A stretch of 64,000 nt of DNA from Syntrophorhabdaceae bacterium (GCA_963665295.1 OY762209.1:4864001-4928000), one strand, 5' to 3'; numbered from the stretch's first letter, positions 47,904 to 58,453 are shown. Notes: generated by a model not told the origin, from the letters alone. Program-made: numbers and translations.

Positions 47904-48209
47904 ATCAAGAAATCGAAAGCAGTCACTTTAATCCTTCTCACAGGGAGCCTCCTCCTTGGTTGCGAGGACAAGGTCAGGAATCGATACGCCAGTTGGGACG
48001 ACTGCGTAAAGGATTACCGTGACCCCTCCAAGTGTGAGTCGGACCGGACTTACGCGACAGGCGGCTCTTATCACACGGTCTACTACGGCCCCTGGTACCG
48101 CCCGTCTCGCTCCTATGATTACTCGCGCAATCCCTCGGTCCTTACCGGACGTGCCATCGGCGTTACGCGGGGCGGCTTTGGCGGAACCGGAGCCCATGCC
48201 TCGTCCTGA
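47904..48209 (+). CDS. YgiB/DUF1190-like lipoprotein (start uncertain)
   Basis: lipobox LLGC, YASWDDC..C, C-terminal TRGGFGG; directly upstream of a ygiC-like gene. Confidence 0.7.
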   Translation: MKKSKAVTLILLTGSLLLGCEDKVRNRYASWDDCVKDYRDPSKCESDRTYATGGSYHTVYYGPWYRPSRSYDYSRNPSVLTGRAIGVTRGGFGGTGAHASS

Positions 48210-48221
48210 GACCTGCACGCC

Positions 48222-49340
48222 ATGATAAGAAGACCTGTGCCATTCATCCGCAAGGACTGGAAGAAGAAAGTGGAAGAGATCGGATTCCATTTCTACGAAG
48301 TGGACGGACTTCCCTACTGGGACGAATCGGCCTACTATGAGTTCACCTCCGGTGAAGTCGACCGGATGGAAAAGGCGACGGAAAATCTTTATGAAATGTG
48401 TCTGTCCCTTGTGGAAAAGGTGATACGCGACAACCTCTTCGAGAGACTGGCTATACCGGAACGGTTCCGTGAGTATGTGGTCGCTTCCTGGAAGGGACGG
48501 CAAACCAGTATCTATGGGAGGTTCGATCTCGTCTACGACGGCAGATCGGAGCCGAAACTCCTCGAGTTCAATGCGGATACCCCAACCGCCCTCTTCGAAG
48601 CGAGCGTGGTTCAGTATTACTGGCTCCAGGACTTCGATTCCTCAAAAGACCAGTTCAACTCCATCCACGAAAAGCTGCTCGCCCTCATGGAAAAACAGGT
48701 GAAGAAGACGGCAGGGGATAGCATCGTCTATTTCTCCTCGGTAAGAGACAGCCTCGAAGATTACACCACCACGGAGTATCTCCGCGATGTGGCCATGCAG
48801 GCCGGCATAGAGACAGAGCAGATATTCATCGACGCCATCGGCTACGATCATGACTACAAGAGGTTCGTCGACCTTGGAGAGAAGCCGATACAATACCTTT
48901 TCAAACTCTACCCCTGGGAATGGATGCTCGCCGAAGAGTTTGCCGAATACCTTCCTGCCTCCCATATTACGCTCTTCGAGCCTCCCTGGAAGATGATCCT
49001 GAGCAACAAGGCAATCCTGCCCCTTCTCTGGGAGATGTACCCGGATCATGAGAATCTGCTTCCCGCTTTTTTTGCGCCGCCGAACAGGTATGTCCCTTTT
49101 GTCGAAAAACCGTTTTTTTCGAGAGAAGGGCAGGATATCACGGTGGACACCCGGTTCCCGGAGGTAAAAAACCGGGCGATCTATCAGAAGTATTGTGAGC
49201 TCCCCGAATTCTCAGGCAATTACCCGGTAATAGGCTCCTGGATCATCGGGTCGGAAGCCGCCGGTATAGGCATCAGGGAAGATACCACACCCATCACGAA
49301 CAACCTGAGTAGATTTGTGCCGCATCTTTTCATTGAATAG
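48222..49340 (+). CDS. glutathionylspermidine synthase family protein (YgiC-like)
   Basis: YWDES, YGRFDL, LLEFNADTPT.L.E, FKLYPWEW, KPFFSREG, GIRED. Confidence 0.92.
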   Translation: MIRRPVPFIRKDWKKKVEEIGFHFYEVDGLPYWDESAYYEFTSGEVDRMEKATENLYEMCLSLVEKVIRDNLFERLAIPERFREYVVASWKGRQTSIYGRFDLVYDGRSEPKLLEFNADTPTALFEASVVQYYWLQDFDSSKDQFNSIHEKLLALMEKQVKKTAGDSIVYFSSVRDSLEDYTTTEYLRDVAMQAGIETEQIFIDAIGYDHDYKRFVDLGEKPIQYLFKLYPWEWMLAEEFAEYLPASHITLFEPPWKMILSNKAILPLLWEMYPDHENLLPAFFAPPNRYVPFVEKPFFSREGQDITVDTRFPEVKNRAIYQKYCELPEFSGNYPVIGSWIIGSEAAGIGIREDTTPITNNLSRFVPHLFIE

Positions 49341-49371
49341 GCTCATAAATCCATAGAGGGAGGGGGCAAGA

Positions 49372-49809
49372 ATGGCCTACAACGAAAACACCTGCAAATA
49401 CGAATTCAATGAAAGTGAAAACCTTGTGTTTTCCGTGCTCTCAAAACACCTTCGCAGGTTGGGGGTCGCGGTGCTCATAGGGGGATTGCTCTTCGTGGCC
49501 TATCTTATCGTCTCCTTTATCGACCCCATATCGCTCGTTGAGGTGTCGGCCACCCAGAATATGGTCCTCTCCACCGTAGATTATGCCCTCTGGGCCCTTA
49601 TCGCGCTCCTTGTGATCTATCTGAGCATCATGACTATCCATATGGCGAAGCCCGTCAGGCTCATAGCGGATACCACCGGCGCCGACATCACCCTTCTCAT
49701 GGACTTTCTCGACCACCTTTCCCGGGTGTCGGGGACCTCTTTCCGGGCCCTGATCGCAATATGCATCCTCATGGCAGCGAGCCTCGTCCTCCTCATCCTG
49801 GTGTTTTAA
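49372..49809 (+). CDS. hypothetical membrane protein
   Basis: three TM segments, G-rich SD. Confidence 0.75.
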   Translation: MAYNENTCKYEFNESENLVFSVLSKHLRRLGVAVLIGGLLFVAYLIVSFIDPISLVEVSATQNMVLSTVDYALWALIALLVIYLSIMTIHMAKPVRLIADTTGADITLLMDFLDHLSRVSGTSFRALIAICILMAASLVLLILVF

Positions 49810-50003
49810 GGCGGTGTGACGCGGATAACGGGGCTGACCCGTGGGAGAGCCGGAAGAGCGGCCTCCAGGTTGACGCCGCATCTTTCCATAATGAAAAGGC
49901 CTGTTTTACATAATTCAAACTGATTTTTTCAACTCTGCCCTGCGTGAAGACCCTTCTAAGTCCTTACTATGTGAAATAACTCACTAATTTTCTTTCATGA
50001 TCT

Positions 50004-50019
50004 TGGCATAAGGTTTGCA
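50004..50019 (+). promoter_or_regulatory. sigma54 promoter
   Basis: TGGCATAAGGTTTGCA (GG-N10-GC) with AT-rich upstream region. Confidence 0.7.
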
Positions 50020-50311
50020 AAACTCAACAGGCATATGGGACAAGGAGCATCATGAGTGAACCCTTGCGGTCATGCCCGTGATGCGTAGCCCGGCTCTCGT
50101 TCCACCGGGTTCAGTCCGCCCTGTACGGTATAGGCGCTTCGCAGGAGTTATGTCGTTATGGTGCCTCTCTCTCCTTTTCAAAAGGCGTGGGCGCCGCCCC
50201 GGAGGGCTCCATGAACCTGTCGCAGACTTCCTGCGGTGATCGCGTAGCAACCCGATGTGTTGATGAGGCCGGAAATGTCACAGGCACACTATATTACAGG
50301 AGGCGCACGAG

Positions 50312-52018
50312 ATGAGAACCACCAGGGTCACCCGGGAAAAGGGTTCACAAAAGTCGGAAGGGTTTGAGCCTCTCCACGCTGTTCGCCGGAATTCGCGAGG
50401 GCGTAAGGCAACGGTTATTGCCCCTGATGATTGCGTGGCCCTCATCAACAGAAATTACGTCTATGAATCTGCAAATGACGACTATTGCGGCACCCTCGGG
50501 AAGGCCAGAGAAGATGTTGTCAATAGTCCGGTAGCCGGTCTCTGGGGAAACAAAACCTTTGACGGGGTCATCAGGACATGTCTCGACAGGTGTTTTGCCG
50601 GCGAGAAAACCCAGCACAAAGGCTGGGTGGACCTTCCCGGACAGGGGCTCAGATACTATCATGTCTTCTACCGCCCGTACCGAAACGGGCAGGACGAGAT
50701 CACTCACGCCGCAGTTGCCTTACGGGACCTCACAGGACGGAAGAGCGAGGGAAAGGCACTCAAAAAGAGTGAGTCCCTTTTGAGGACGGCCCTCAAAAAC
50801 GTTCATTTCGGCGTCTACTCCTACGATCTGAAGGGACGGTTCACCTTTGTAAACGACGTGGTGGTGGAAGAGACAGGTTTTCCCAGGGAATGGTTCCTGG
50901 GAAAAAGCCTTTTCGATTTCGTGCGGTCCGAGGAAAGGGACGAGGTGCATGAGCATTTCGACACCTCCATTCGTGGAGCGCCGGTACCTCCCTATGAGTT
51001 TGCCTACCATAAGGCCTCGGGTGACGTGTCCTGGGTTCAGGTCCATACAACCCCCATGTGGGAGAAAGGACGCGTTATCGGGGTCCTTGGCGTGTTGTTG
51101 AATATCACCAGGCGCAAGAAATCCGAGTTGGCTCTCCGGGAAAGGGAGGAGACGTACAGGAGGCTTTTCGAGGATTCGAGGGACGCCATATTCGTCACCG
51201 ACAGGGACGGAAGGCTCACCGATGCGAACGCGGCGTTCCTGACCCTCTTCGGCTATGCGTCGGAGGAGATCATAGGACTCGACGCCGTCAATATGTATGT
51301 CGATCACGACGACAGGGAAGCCTGCGTAAGGATAATGAATGAAAATGAGTTTATAGAGGATTACCATCTAAAACTGAAGAGAAAGGACGGGACCGTGATG
51401 GACTGCCTCCTTACCGGAACCGCCCGACGCACGGACAGCGGAAGAATATTCGCCTATCAGGGCGGCGTAAAAGATGAATCAGGACAGAAGCGGGCGGAGG
51501 AAGCGCTCCATGACAGCGAGCAAAAGCTGCGATATGTGGTCGATGGCTCCCCTATCCCGCAGTTCGTTATCGACAAGACCCATACTGTGACCCATTGGAA
51601 CAGGGCCCTCGAAAAGTTCACCGGGATGAAAGCTGAAGAAATGCAGGGAACGAAGGGTCATTGGAGGGCGTTCTACCGTACGGAACGGCCGTGCATCGCG
51701 GATCTGCTTCTCGACGGGGCTGAAGCGCAGATATCCTACTGGTACGACGGCGATAGCAGTAAGGTTGAGACTGTGGGCGGAGAATACAAGGTCATCCATT
51801 TCTTCCCCGACCTCGGCGCGGGAGGAAAATGGCTTTATTGCACCACTGCGGTCATCAGGGATTCCAGGAACAATGTAATCGGCGCCGTGGAAACGTTGCA
51901 GGATATCACCGAGCACAGACTGGCGGAGGACATGATCCAGAGGACCGAGGAGAGGTGCCGTCGAATCCTGGAGGCGGTTTCGCGGAACCAGCCTGAACGC
52001 AAGGATATGGCCAGGTAG
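50312..52018 (+). CDS. multi-PAS protein without output domain
   Basis: four PAS/PAC units ending DLT, NIT, DES, DIT; AGGAGG SD. Confidence 0.85.
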   Translation: MRTTRVTREKGSQKSEGFEPLHAVRRNSRGRKATVIAPDDCVALINRNYVYESANDDYCGTLGKAREDVVNSPVAGLWGNKTFDGVIRTCLDRCFAGEKTQHKGWVDLPGQGLRYYHVFYRPYRNGQDEITHAAVALRDLTGRKSEGKALKKSESLLRTALKNVHFGVYSYDLKGRFTFVNDVVVEETGFPREWFLGKSLFDFVRSEERDEVHEHFDTSIRGAPVPPYEFAYHKASGDVSWVQVHTTPMWEKGRVIGVLGVLLNITRRKKSELALREREETYRRLFEDSRDAIFVTDRDGRLTDANAAFLTLFGYASEEIIGLDAVNMYVDHDDREACVRIMNENEFIEDYHLKLKRKDGTVMDCLLTGTARRTDSGRIFAYQGGVKDESGQKRAEEALHDSEQKLRYVVDGSPIPQFVIDKTHTVTHWNRALEKFTGMKAEEMQGTKGHWRAFYRTERPCIADLLLDGAEAQISYWYDGDSSKVETVGGEYKVIHFFPDLGAGGKWLYCTTAVIRDSRNNVIGAVETLQDITEHRLAEDMIQRTEERCRRILEAVSRNQPERKDMAR

Positions 52019-52066
52019 ATGTTACGGACATGAGGCATGGGGCTCGTAGCCGGCGCCGGTAGCGTC

Positions 52067-53341
52067 TCAACGGCGGCGCCTGCGGCTCACCAGAAACGCA
52101 CCCCCGCCAAGCATGGCGAGGCTCACGCCCGTGCATCCGGCCATTACCCGGATCATAGGCATGACGGTCCCGTCATGAAGGAGGCTCACGAGGCCGGACG
52201 CCGAGGCTCCCGCGATCATCTGGATGCTCCCTATCATCGCCGAGGCACTCCCCGCGTTTCTCGTGAACGGCTGAAGAGCAAGGGCCATGGCGTTAGGATT
52301 GACGAAGCCGAAGAGAAAGAGATAGCAGAAGACAAGGGTTATTATCCCCGCTTCACCGGTAAACCCACCCGAGGGCCAGACCATGAGGACCGCCATGACG
52401 AGACATTGGGCTACTGTAACCCGGAGGAGGACTTCTGCGCTGCCCTGTCTCCTGAGCCAAAACCTGTTGAGTTGGCTCGAAGTAATGAGACCCACCGCGT
52501 TCGCTCCGTACATCCAGCCGAACCCTGTTTCCGTAAACCCGAAGAGATTCATATAGACAAAGGCGGAGCCGGAGATATACGCAAAGAACCCCGCCACTGC
52601 GGCGGCACTTGCCAGAGTGTAGGTGACGAAGGAAGGTTCCTTGAAAAGTCGGATATATTCCATTGCCATACTTCCTGGTCGAAGCGAAATCGAGGCGTCC
52701 GCTCCTTTGCTCTCCTGGAGGAACCGGCCGACTGCAAAGAGGACCGCCACTCCGATGGCCGCAAGGATAAGGAAGATGAAGCGCCACCCGAGACCCGCCA
52801 CCACCATCCCGCCTATGGTAGGGGCAATTATGGGGGATACGCCGAATACCATTACCAATGCGGCGAGCACACGGGCTATCTCACTGCCGGAAAAAAGATC
52901 GCGCACCACCGCCCGGCTTCCCGCCATGCCGACACAGGCGCCAAGGGCCAGAAAAAACCGCAGCACAACCAAAGTAAGTACGGACGGCGAGAGGGCGCAG
53001 CCGAGAGAAGCCGCGATATATACGATGAGGCCGAGCATGAGGGGCTTTTTCCGCCCGAAACGGTCCATCATGGGACCATAGGCGATCTGTCCCAGCGAGA
53101 TCCCCGCGAAATAGCTCGTGAGGGAGAGTCCCACGTGGGCAATGTCGGTGGAAAGGTTTGCCGCTATCGCGGGGAATCCGGGCAGATACATGTCCACGGA
53201 AAAGGGACCGATAGCCGAAAGAGCACCGAGGACTGCTATGATGATGCGATATTGCCTTCTCCCGATTGCAGGCTTCGGGTCTTCAGGCAAAACCGGTGGA
53301 ATGGAGGAATTCTTCCGCTTCTGGTCTTTCTCGCGAGGCAA
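52067..53341 (-). CDS. Bcr/CflA multidrug MFS transporter
   Basis: GPFSVDMYLPGFP, GPMMDRFGRK, RAVVRDLF. Confidence 0.92.
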   Translation of the reverse strand: MPREKDQKRKNSSIPPVLPEDPKPAIGRRQYRIIIAVLGALSAIGPFSVDMYLPGFPAIAANLSTDIAHVGLSLTSYFAGISLGQIAYGPMMDRFGRKKPLMLGLIVYIAASLGCALSPSVLTLVVLRFFLALGACVGMAGSRAVVRDLFSGSEIARVLAALVMVFGVSPIIAPTIGGMVVAGLGWRFIFLILAAIGVAVLFAVGRFLQESKGADASISLRPGSMAMEYIRLFKEPSFVTYTLASAAAVAGFFAYISGSAFVYMNLFGFTETGFGWMYGANAVGLITSSQLNRFWLRRQGSAEVLLRVTVAQCLVMAVLMVWPSGGFTGEAGIITLVFCYLFLFGFVNPNAMALALQPFTRNAGSASAMIGSIQMIAGASASGLVSLLHDGTVMPMIRVMAGCTGVSLAMLGGGAFLVSRRRRR

Positions 53342-53754
53342 CGCCGGAGTATCTCCTTTCCCGGAGCTTACAGGATCGATAGGGTCAACACAAGGGACCG
53401 GCGCCGTTCACCGGACCGGGCGCCATCGGTTCTTTTCGGGGAACCTGCGGGCAAAACGCGCCCACATGCAGTCTACGACAAACACCGGTTGCCTTTCAAC
53501 TGCAAATGGAATGTTCGGCGAGAATCGGCGGTTCTGCCACTTTTTTGTCGTACACCCCGTACCGAGTCGGCACAGTATCGAAGCCCTTCTCTCCTCCATC
53601 ACCCCATCTTCACCAGGGAAATGAAGACCCCCTGTCTCTTGGGTATACGATGGGCTAAAGTTATCATTTCGGTGATTTTGTTCAAAAAGGGGGTTGCCCT
53701 CTTTGCGTTTCTTTGCTAGCCTTTACAATAAGCCTTATCACGGGAGGATCATAG

Positions 53755-53970
53755 ATGATATCTAACGGCAGAGTAGCAAGAGTGACGGAAGTGGTAGCCG
53801 GTTCCACCAAGAGCTTTGATGACGCCGTTATGGTCGGTTTCAGAAGAGTATCCAAGACCCTAAGGGGCATTACGGGTTTGAAAGTAAAAGAGCAACGCTG
53901 CAGCGTGGTAGACGGGAAGATTACGGAATTCAGGGTCACCCTGGACGTGATCTTCGTCCTGGAGAACTAG
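53755..53970 (+). CDS. dodecin family protein
   Basis: VARVTEVVAGSTKSFDDAV...KTLRGI...ITEFRVTL.V.FVLE. Confidence 0.88.
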   Translation: MISNGRVARVTEVVAGSTKSFDDAVMVGFRRVSKTLRGITGLKVKEQRCSVVDGKITEFRVTLDVIFVLEN

Positions 53971-54266
53971 GTACGCAAATCGGTGCGCCGGTCTCCGTAT
54001 GATGAGATCATATCGCCGGCCGGCGCCGGGATAACCGCTGACCTACGCGGTCATTTGCGGGGCATGGGATAACCCGAACAAACCCCGAAGACGCGAGCCC
54101 CCGGGGAGGGGCCTGCCCCGTTTTTTCGGTTTCTTCACAGACTGCTTGCGGAAAACCCTGCCCTTATCCTGTAATTCCCTCCGGGGAGGGATGTTTGCCT
54201 CCCGGTCTCAATAAATTGAGACAATTGGTTGCGCCGGGTCGAATAGACGGCAGCGGGACACCCGCC

Positions 54267-54626
54267 TCACATGGGACTTTTGGGCTGCCAGAGGCCGAAG
54301 GAAGCGCCGGTGGGGTCTATGATCACGCTGAACCACCCCATGTCAGGAACCTCGGTGACATCCGTGACAACCCTTGCTCCGAGGGACGCCGCCTTCCTTG
54401 TCGATGCCGCCACATCGTCCACGAGTATATAGGGGAACCAGTTGTCGGAATCGTCGGGCATGGGGTTTTTCATGATTCCCCCTCCCGTCCCCTCTCCCAC
54501 GTTGATGATCGTATAGTCCATGCCGGGAAACTCCTCCATCTTCCAGTCAAACATAGTCGTGTAGAACTTCTTTGACTTGTCCACATCCCTGCTGTGCAGT
54601 TCGATATGAACGAACGGGTTTGCCAT
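54267..54626 (-). CDS. VOC/glyoxalase family protein
   Basis: FVHIEL, GGGIM, DPTGASFGLWQ. Confidence 0.9.
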   Translation of the reverse strand: MANPFVHIELHSRDVDKSKKFYTTMFDWKMEEFPGMDYTIINVGEGTGGGIMKNPMPDDSDNWFPYILVDDVAASTRKAASLGARVVTDVTEVPDMGWFSVIIDPTGASFGLWQPKSPM

Positions 54627-54868
54627 GCCGCACCTCCTTAAGGATATTATTATTGCTTCGCCGCGGTTCAGTTTTAAAGTTAAGAACGTCCATTCCTCTT
54701 GTCAAACGCGGGTGCAAGGCCGGACATAGGGAAATCCCCGTCTTCTTGACATCGGGCAGGACCCACCTTAAACTCGAAAAAGAGACTGGGCCTAACGCGG
54801 GTCCGGGCAGCAGCGACACAGACTCTTCGGAGGCATATGGAAAGAGATTATCGACCCAGGGCGGCCCC

Positions 54869-55525
54869 TTGACCACGCCCGGATTGGCCATCTTCAACGT
54901 GGCAGGGACTTTTGCCTATCTCGGCCTCGCCGTCCTCGGCGCGGGCGGGATCACGTCCTTCCTTTCGCATGGGGCCCTGATTGCCCTCGGGATTGTGCTT
55001 TTCGCCCTGTCGGGCGCAGGTCTCTTCAGCAGCGGGAACGTGAGTCCCGGTGAACAGGAAGACCGTTCCAACCGCTGGGTCATCGGGGCAGTAAGCCTGA
55101 TCGGCCTGCTCCTCGGCTATGTGCCCGCCTATACAGACCGGATAGGGTTCTTTGCCTTTGACGGGGATGTCCTTCGGTGGATCGGTGTCTTTCTCTTTGC
55201 CGCAGGCGGCATGCTGCGGATCTGGCCGGTCTTTGTCCTCGGCCGCCGGTTCAGCGGGCTGGTGGCCATCCAACCCGGCCATACCCTTGTCACCAGCGGC
55301 GTCTATGGCGTCATCCGCCACCCCAGTTACCTGGGCCTCCTCATCAACTCGCTGGGGTGGGCCCTCGCCTTCCGCTCCGGGGTGGGCACACTGCTCGCCG
55401 CACTCCTGATTCCGGTGCTCCTCGCACGGATCCATGCGGAAGAAAGGTTGCTCGCCGCCCGCTTCGGCGCTGAATACGACGCATACCGCGCCCGTACGTG
55501 GCGGCTTATTCCCCGTATCTATTAA
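54869..55525 (+). CDS. isoprenylcysteine carboxyl methyltransferase family protein (start uncertain)
   Basis: HTLVTSGVYGVIRHPSYLG, EERLL..FG.EY..Y...TWRLIP. Confidence 0.85.
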   Translation: MTTPGLAIFNVAGTFAYLGLAVLGAGGITSFLSHGALIALGIVLFALSGAGLFSSGNVSPGEQEDRSNRWVIGAVSLIGLLLGYVPAYTDRIGFFAFDGDVLRWIGVFLFAAGGMLRIWPVFVLGRRFSGLVAIQPGHTLVTSGVYGVIRHPSYLGLLINSLGWALAFRSGVGTLLAALLIPVLLARIHAEERLLAARFGAEYDAYRARTWRLIPRIY

Positions 55526-55593
55526 AGGGACGTTTCCCTGCCGGCCGGGTTTCAATGCTGCGCGAAATGTGGTATTTTGTGCGCGGAGGAAGC

Positions 55594-56409
55594 ATGGTAT
55601 CGGCTATCATCACTACCTATAATCGGCGGTCTTACCTTCGGGAGGCTGTGGATTCTGTGCTGGCCCAGGATTATGAGGACCTGGAAGTCATCGTTGTTGA
55701 CGACGGGTCTACGGACTGCCCTGAGGGGGAGTTAGCCGGACTTCCGGTGCGGTATGTCCGAAAGGAAAACGGAGGGATAAGCAGCGCCCGGAATCTCGGG
55801 ATTGAAGTCTCCACCGGGGAATACCTCGCCTTTCTTGATGTGGACGACCAATGGCTTAAAGGCAAGCTCTCCACTCAGATCACCTCCATGGAACGGGACG
55901 GATACCTCATATCGTACACCGACGAAATATGGGTCCGCAACGGGAAGAGGATCAACCAGAAACACCGGCATCGGAAATACTCGGGCTGGATTTTTTCCCG
56001 CTGCCTGCCTCTCTGCATCATCAGCCCCTCGTCCGTGGTGATAAAACGGGACGTATTCGATGTTACCGGACCCTTCGACGAAGACCTTCCCGTCTGTGAA
56101 GACTACGATATGTGGCTCAGGATCTGCTCCCGCTACCCCGTTCTCTTCATCGAAAAACCGCTCATCCTGAAGACGGGCGGCCACGACGACCAACTCTCGC
56201 GAAGGTACGAGGCCATGGATCGCTTCAGGATCAGAAGCCTTGTCAATATCCTGGACTCCGGCACCCTCCCCGACCCCATGGGCGACGCGGCCCTCAACGA
56301 ACTCGAAACCAAGTGCCGCATCTACGCCCTGGGCGCGGCAAAGCGGCAAAAGGCGGAAGACGCCGAATACTACCGCCGCCTCCCCGACCGGTTTCGCAGG
56401 AAATTATAG
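55594..56409 (+). CDS. glycosyltransferase family 2
   Basis: VSAIITTYNR, VVDDGSTD, SARNLG, FLDVDD, CEDYDMWLR. Confidence 0.92.
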   Translation: MVSAIITTYNRRSYLREAVDSVLAQDYEDLEVIVVDDGSTDCPEGELAGLPVRYVRKENGGISSARNLGIEVSTGEYLAFLDVDDQWLKGKLSTQITSMERDGYLISYTDEIWVRNGKRINQKHRHRKYSGWIFSRCLPLCIISPSSVVIKRDVFDVTGPFDEDLPVCEDYDMWLRICSRYPVLFIEKPLILKTGGHDDQLSRRYEAMDRFRIRSLVNILDSGTLPDPMGDAALNELETKCRIYALGAAKRQKAEDAEYYRRLPDRFRRKL

Positions 56410-56444
56410 GATTTTACAGACTTTTTTGCGGACAAACGCCCGTA

Positions 56445-56858
56445 TCAGGGGTCTATTTTCCCTACGGGCCTCTTGAAAGTGTACTCAAAAGGATCGACTA
56501 TGAGGAACTTGAATACCTTGTCCTGGCTCCCCGAGGGCAGTGAAAAAGGCAGGGCGATGATACTTGCCGCGAGGCCTGCCACGCAGGCAATGAGCCCGGC
56601 GGGGCGGAGAATTATGACATCGTAAAAGACCGAGTCCCCTTCATCCGAATCGGTCATCTTCGCTGCAGGGAAATTACCGCGAGGCGCCTCTATGGCCTCA
56701 TCGTCCAGGGGCATGGGCGAGCCCTCCGGATAGCCCGAAGCGTTGCGGCCCGTGTCATAGGACCCGTTCCGTTCCTGACTTAGAGCCGACCCCCCGAAAA
56801 TGGTTACCGTGAGGAAAACGACACACAGCCCAAGAACGATATACTCTCTCATACCCAT
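56445..56858 (-). CDS. hypothetical exported/membrane protein
   Basis: signal peptide, conserved-looking DVIILRP...P..YTFKRPVG; AGGAGG SD. Confidence 0.75.
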   Translation of the reverse strand: MGMREYIVLGLCVVFLTVTIFGGSALSQERNGSYDTGRNASGYPEGSPMPLDDEAIEAPRGNFPAAKMTDSDEGDSVFYDVIILRPAGLIACVAGLAASIIALPFSLPSGSQDKVFKFLIVDPFEYTFKRPVGKIDP

Positions 56859-57115
56859 CCTCCTATCGCAGCCTTCACGCTATTATCCTCCATGGGAGGA
56901 AGAATGTCAATCTTCATATATGAACCCAAACCTTCGGGAACTTCAATGACTAAGATCACTTGTCGGCCGGAGTTTCCCCCCTTCGACCGGACCGTCTCCC
57001 CGATCGTCGTTGCCGCGGGCCCTTGTTTTTCCTTGTGGCCCAGGACGTCCTGGTGTAATATGGAACATCGGCTCATGGGGTTTTCCTGACCGTGGGTCAG
57101 AAAACGGATTGGGGC

Positions 57116-58420
57116 ATGACCGGGAAAACCGCCAAAGAAAAACCCCGAACAGACTTGAGGTCCGCAGCCCGGGCCATGAAACATAAGAACTTCCGCCTCT
57201 TCTTCGGTGGGCAGTCCGTTTCCCTCATGGGTACCTGGATGCAGCACATCGCTATGAGCTGGCTCGTCTATCGCCTGACCGGATCGCCCTTCTATCTCGG
57301 TCTCATCGGCTTTACAGGCCAGATCCCCACATTCCTTCTCGCCTCCTTTGCGGGGGTCTTCGCCGACAGGTGGAATAGGCGCCGCCTTCTCGTCATTACC
57401 CAATCCCTCTCCATGGTTCAGGCTTTTCTCCTCGCCGCCCTCACCCTTACCGGCTACGCGGCAGTGTGGCACATCGTTGTCCTGAGCCTGTTCCTCGGCT
57501 GCGTAAATGCCTTCGATATTCCCATCCGCCAGTCCTTTTTCGTGGAAATCGTGGGGAGCAAGAAAGACCTGGGGAACGCCATTGCCCTCAACTCATTCAT
57601 GTTCAATGGGGCAAGGCTGGCCGGGCCCTCCATCGCGGGGTTTCTGATCGGGTTCTTCGGCGAAGGTCCGTGCTTTCTCATCAACGGATGCAGCTTTCTC
57701 GCCGTTATCGGGGCCCTGCTCCTTATGGACGTGCCGGGGAAGAAGAAAGTCGGGGCCCATCCCCCGGTCCTCACCGGGTTGAGGGAGGGATACAGATACG
57801 CCTTCGGGTCTCTGCCCATACGGCATATCCTCCTTTTCATCGCCCTCATAAGTCTCCTGGGTATGCCCTATTTCGTGCTCCTTCCCGTCTTTGCGAAGAA
57901 CATCCTTCACGGAGGGTCCCAAACGCTCGGTTTTCTCATGGGAGCCGCAGGTGCGGGAGCCCTTACCGGAGCCCTTTACCTCGCATCCAGGCGGACGGTC
58001 TTAGGTCTCGGCAGACTGATCGTCGTCGCGGCCCTCGTATTCGGCATAAGCCTTGTCCTCTTCTCCTTCTCCCGGCATGTCCTCCTCTCCGTGGCCCTCA
58101 TGTTTGCCACCGGATTCGGCGCATTGGTCCAGACCACCTCGTGTAACACTATTATCCAGACAATTGTGGACGAAGACAAGCGGGGACGCGTAGTGAGCCT
58201 TTATGCCACCGCGTTTATCGGCATAGCGCCCTTTGGGAACCTCCTGGCCGGCATTCTCGCGGATAATATGGGGGCGCCCATCACCCTCATGATGGGCGGC
58301 ATACTCTGCAGCCTGGGCGGACTGGTCTTCCTTGCCCGCCTCCCGGCCATTCGAAAAACCGTTCGCCCCATCTACACGAAACTGGGAATCATCCGCGAAA
58401 TACCTCCGGATGTTCAGTAG
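57116..58420 (+). CDS. MFS transporter
   Basis: NFRLFFGGQ.VSL.GTWMQ, GVFADRWNRRR, RGRVVSLY. Confidence 0.92.
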   Translation: MTGKTAKEKPRTDLRSAARAMKHKNFRLFFGGQSVSLMGTWMQHIAMSWLVYRLTGSPFYLGLIGFTGQIPTFLLASFAGVFADRWNRRRLLVITQSLSMVQAFLLAALTLTGYAAVWHIVVLSLFLGCVNAFDIPIRQSFFVEIVGSKKDLGNAIALNSFMFNGARLAGPSIAGFLIGFFGEGPCFLINGCSFLAVIGALLLMDVPGKKKVGAHPPVLTGLREGYRYAFGSLPIRHILLFIALISLLGMPYFVLLPVFAKNILHGGSQTLGFLMGAAGAGALTGALYLASRRTVLGLGRLIVVAALVFGISLVLFSFSRHVLLSVALMFATGFGALVQTTSCNTIIQTIVDEDKRGRVVSLYATAFIGIAPFGNLLAGILADNMGAPITLMMGGILCSLGGLVFLARLPAIRKTVRPIYTKLGIIREIPPDVQ

Positions 58421-58453
58421 GGGTCCACGAAAGTTCCCGCATCCGGGGTTTTG

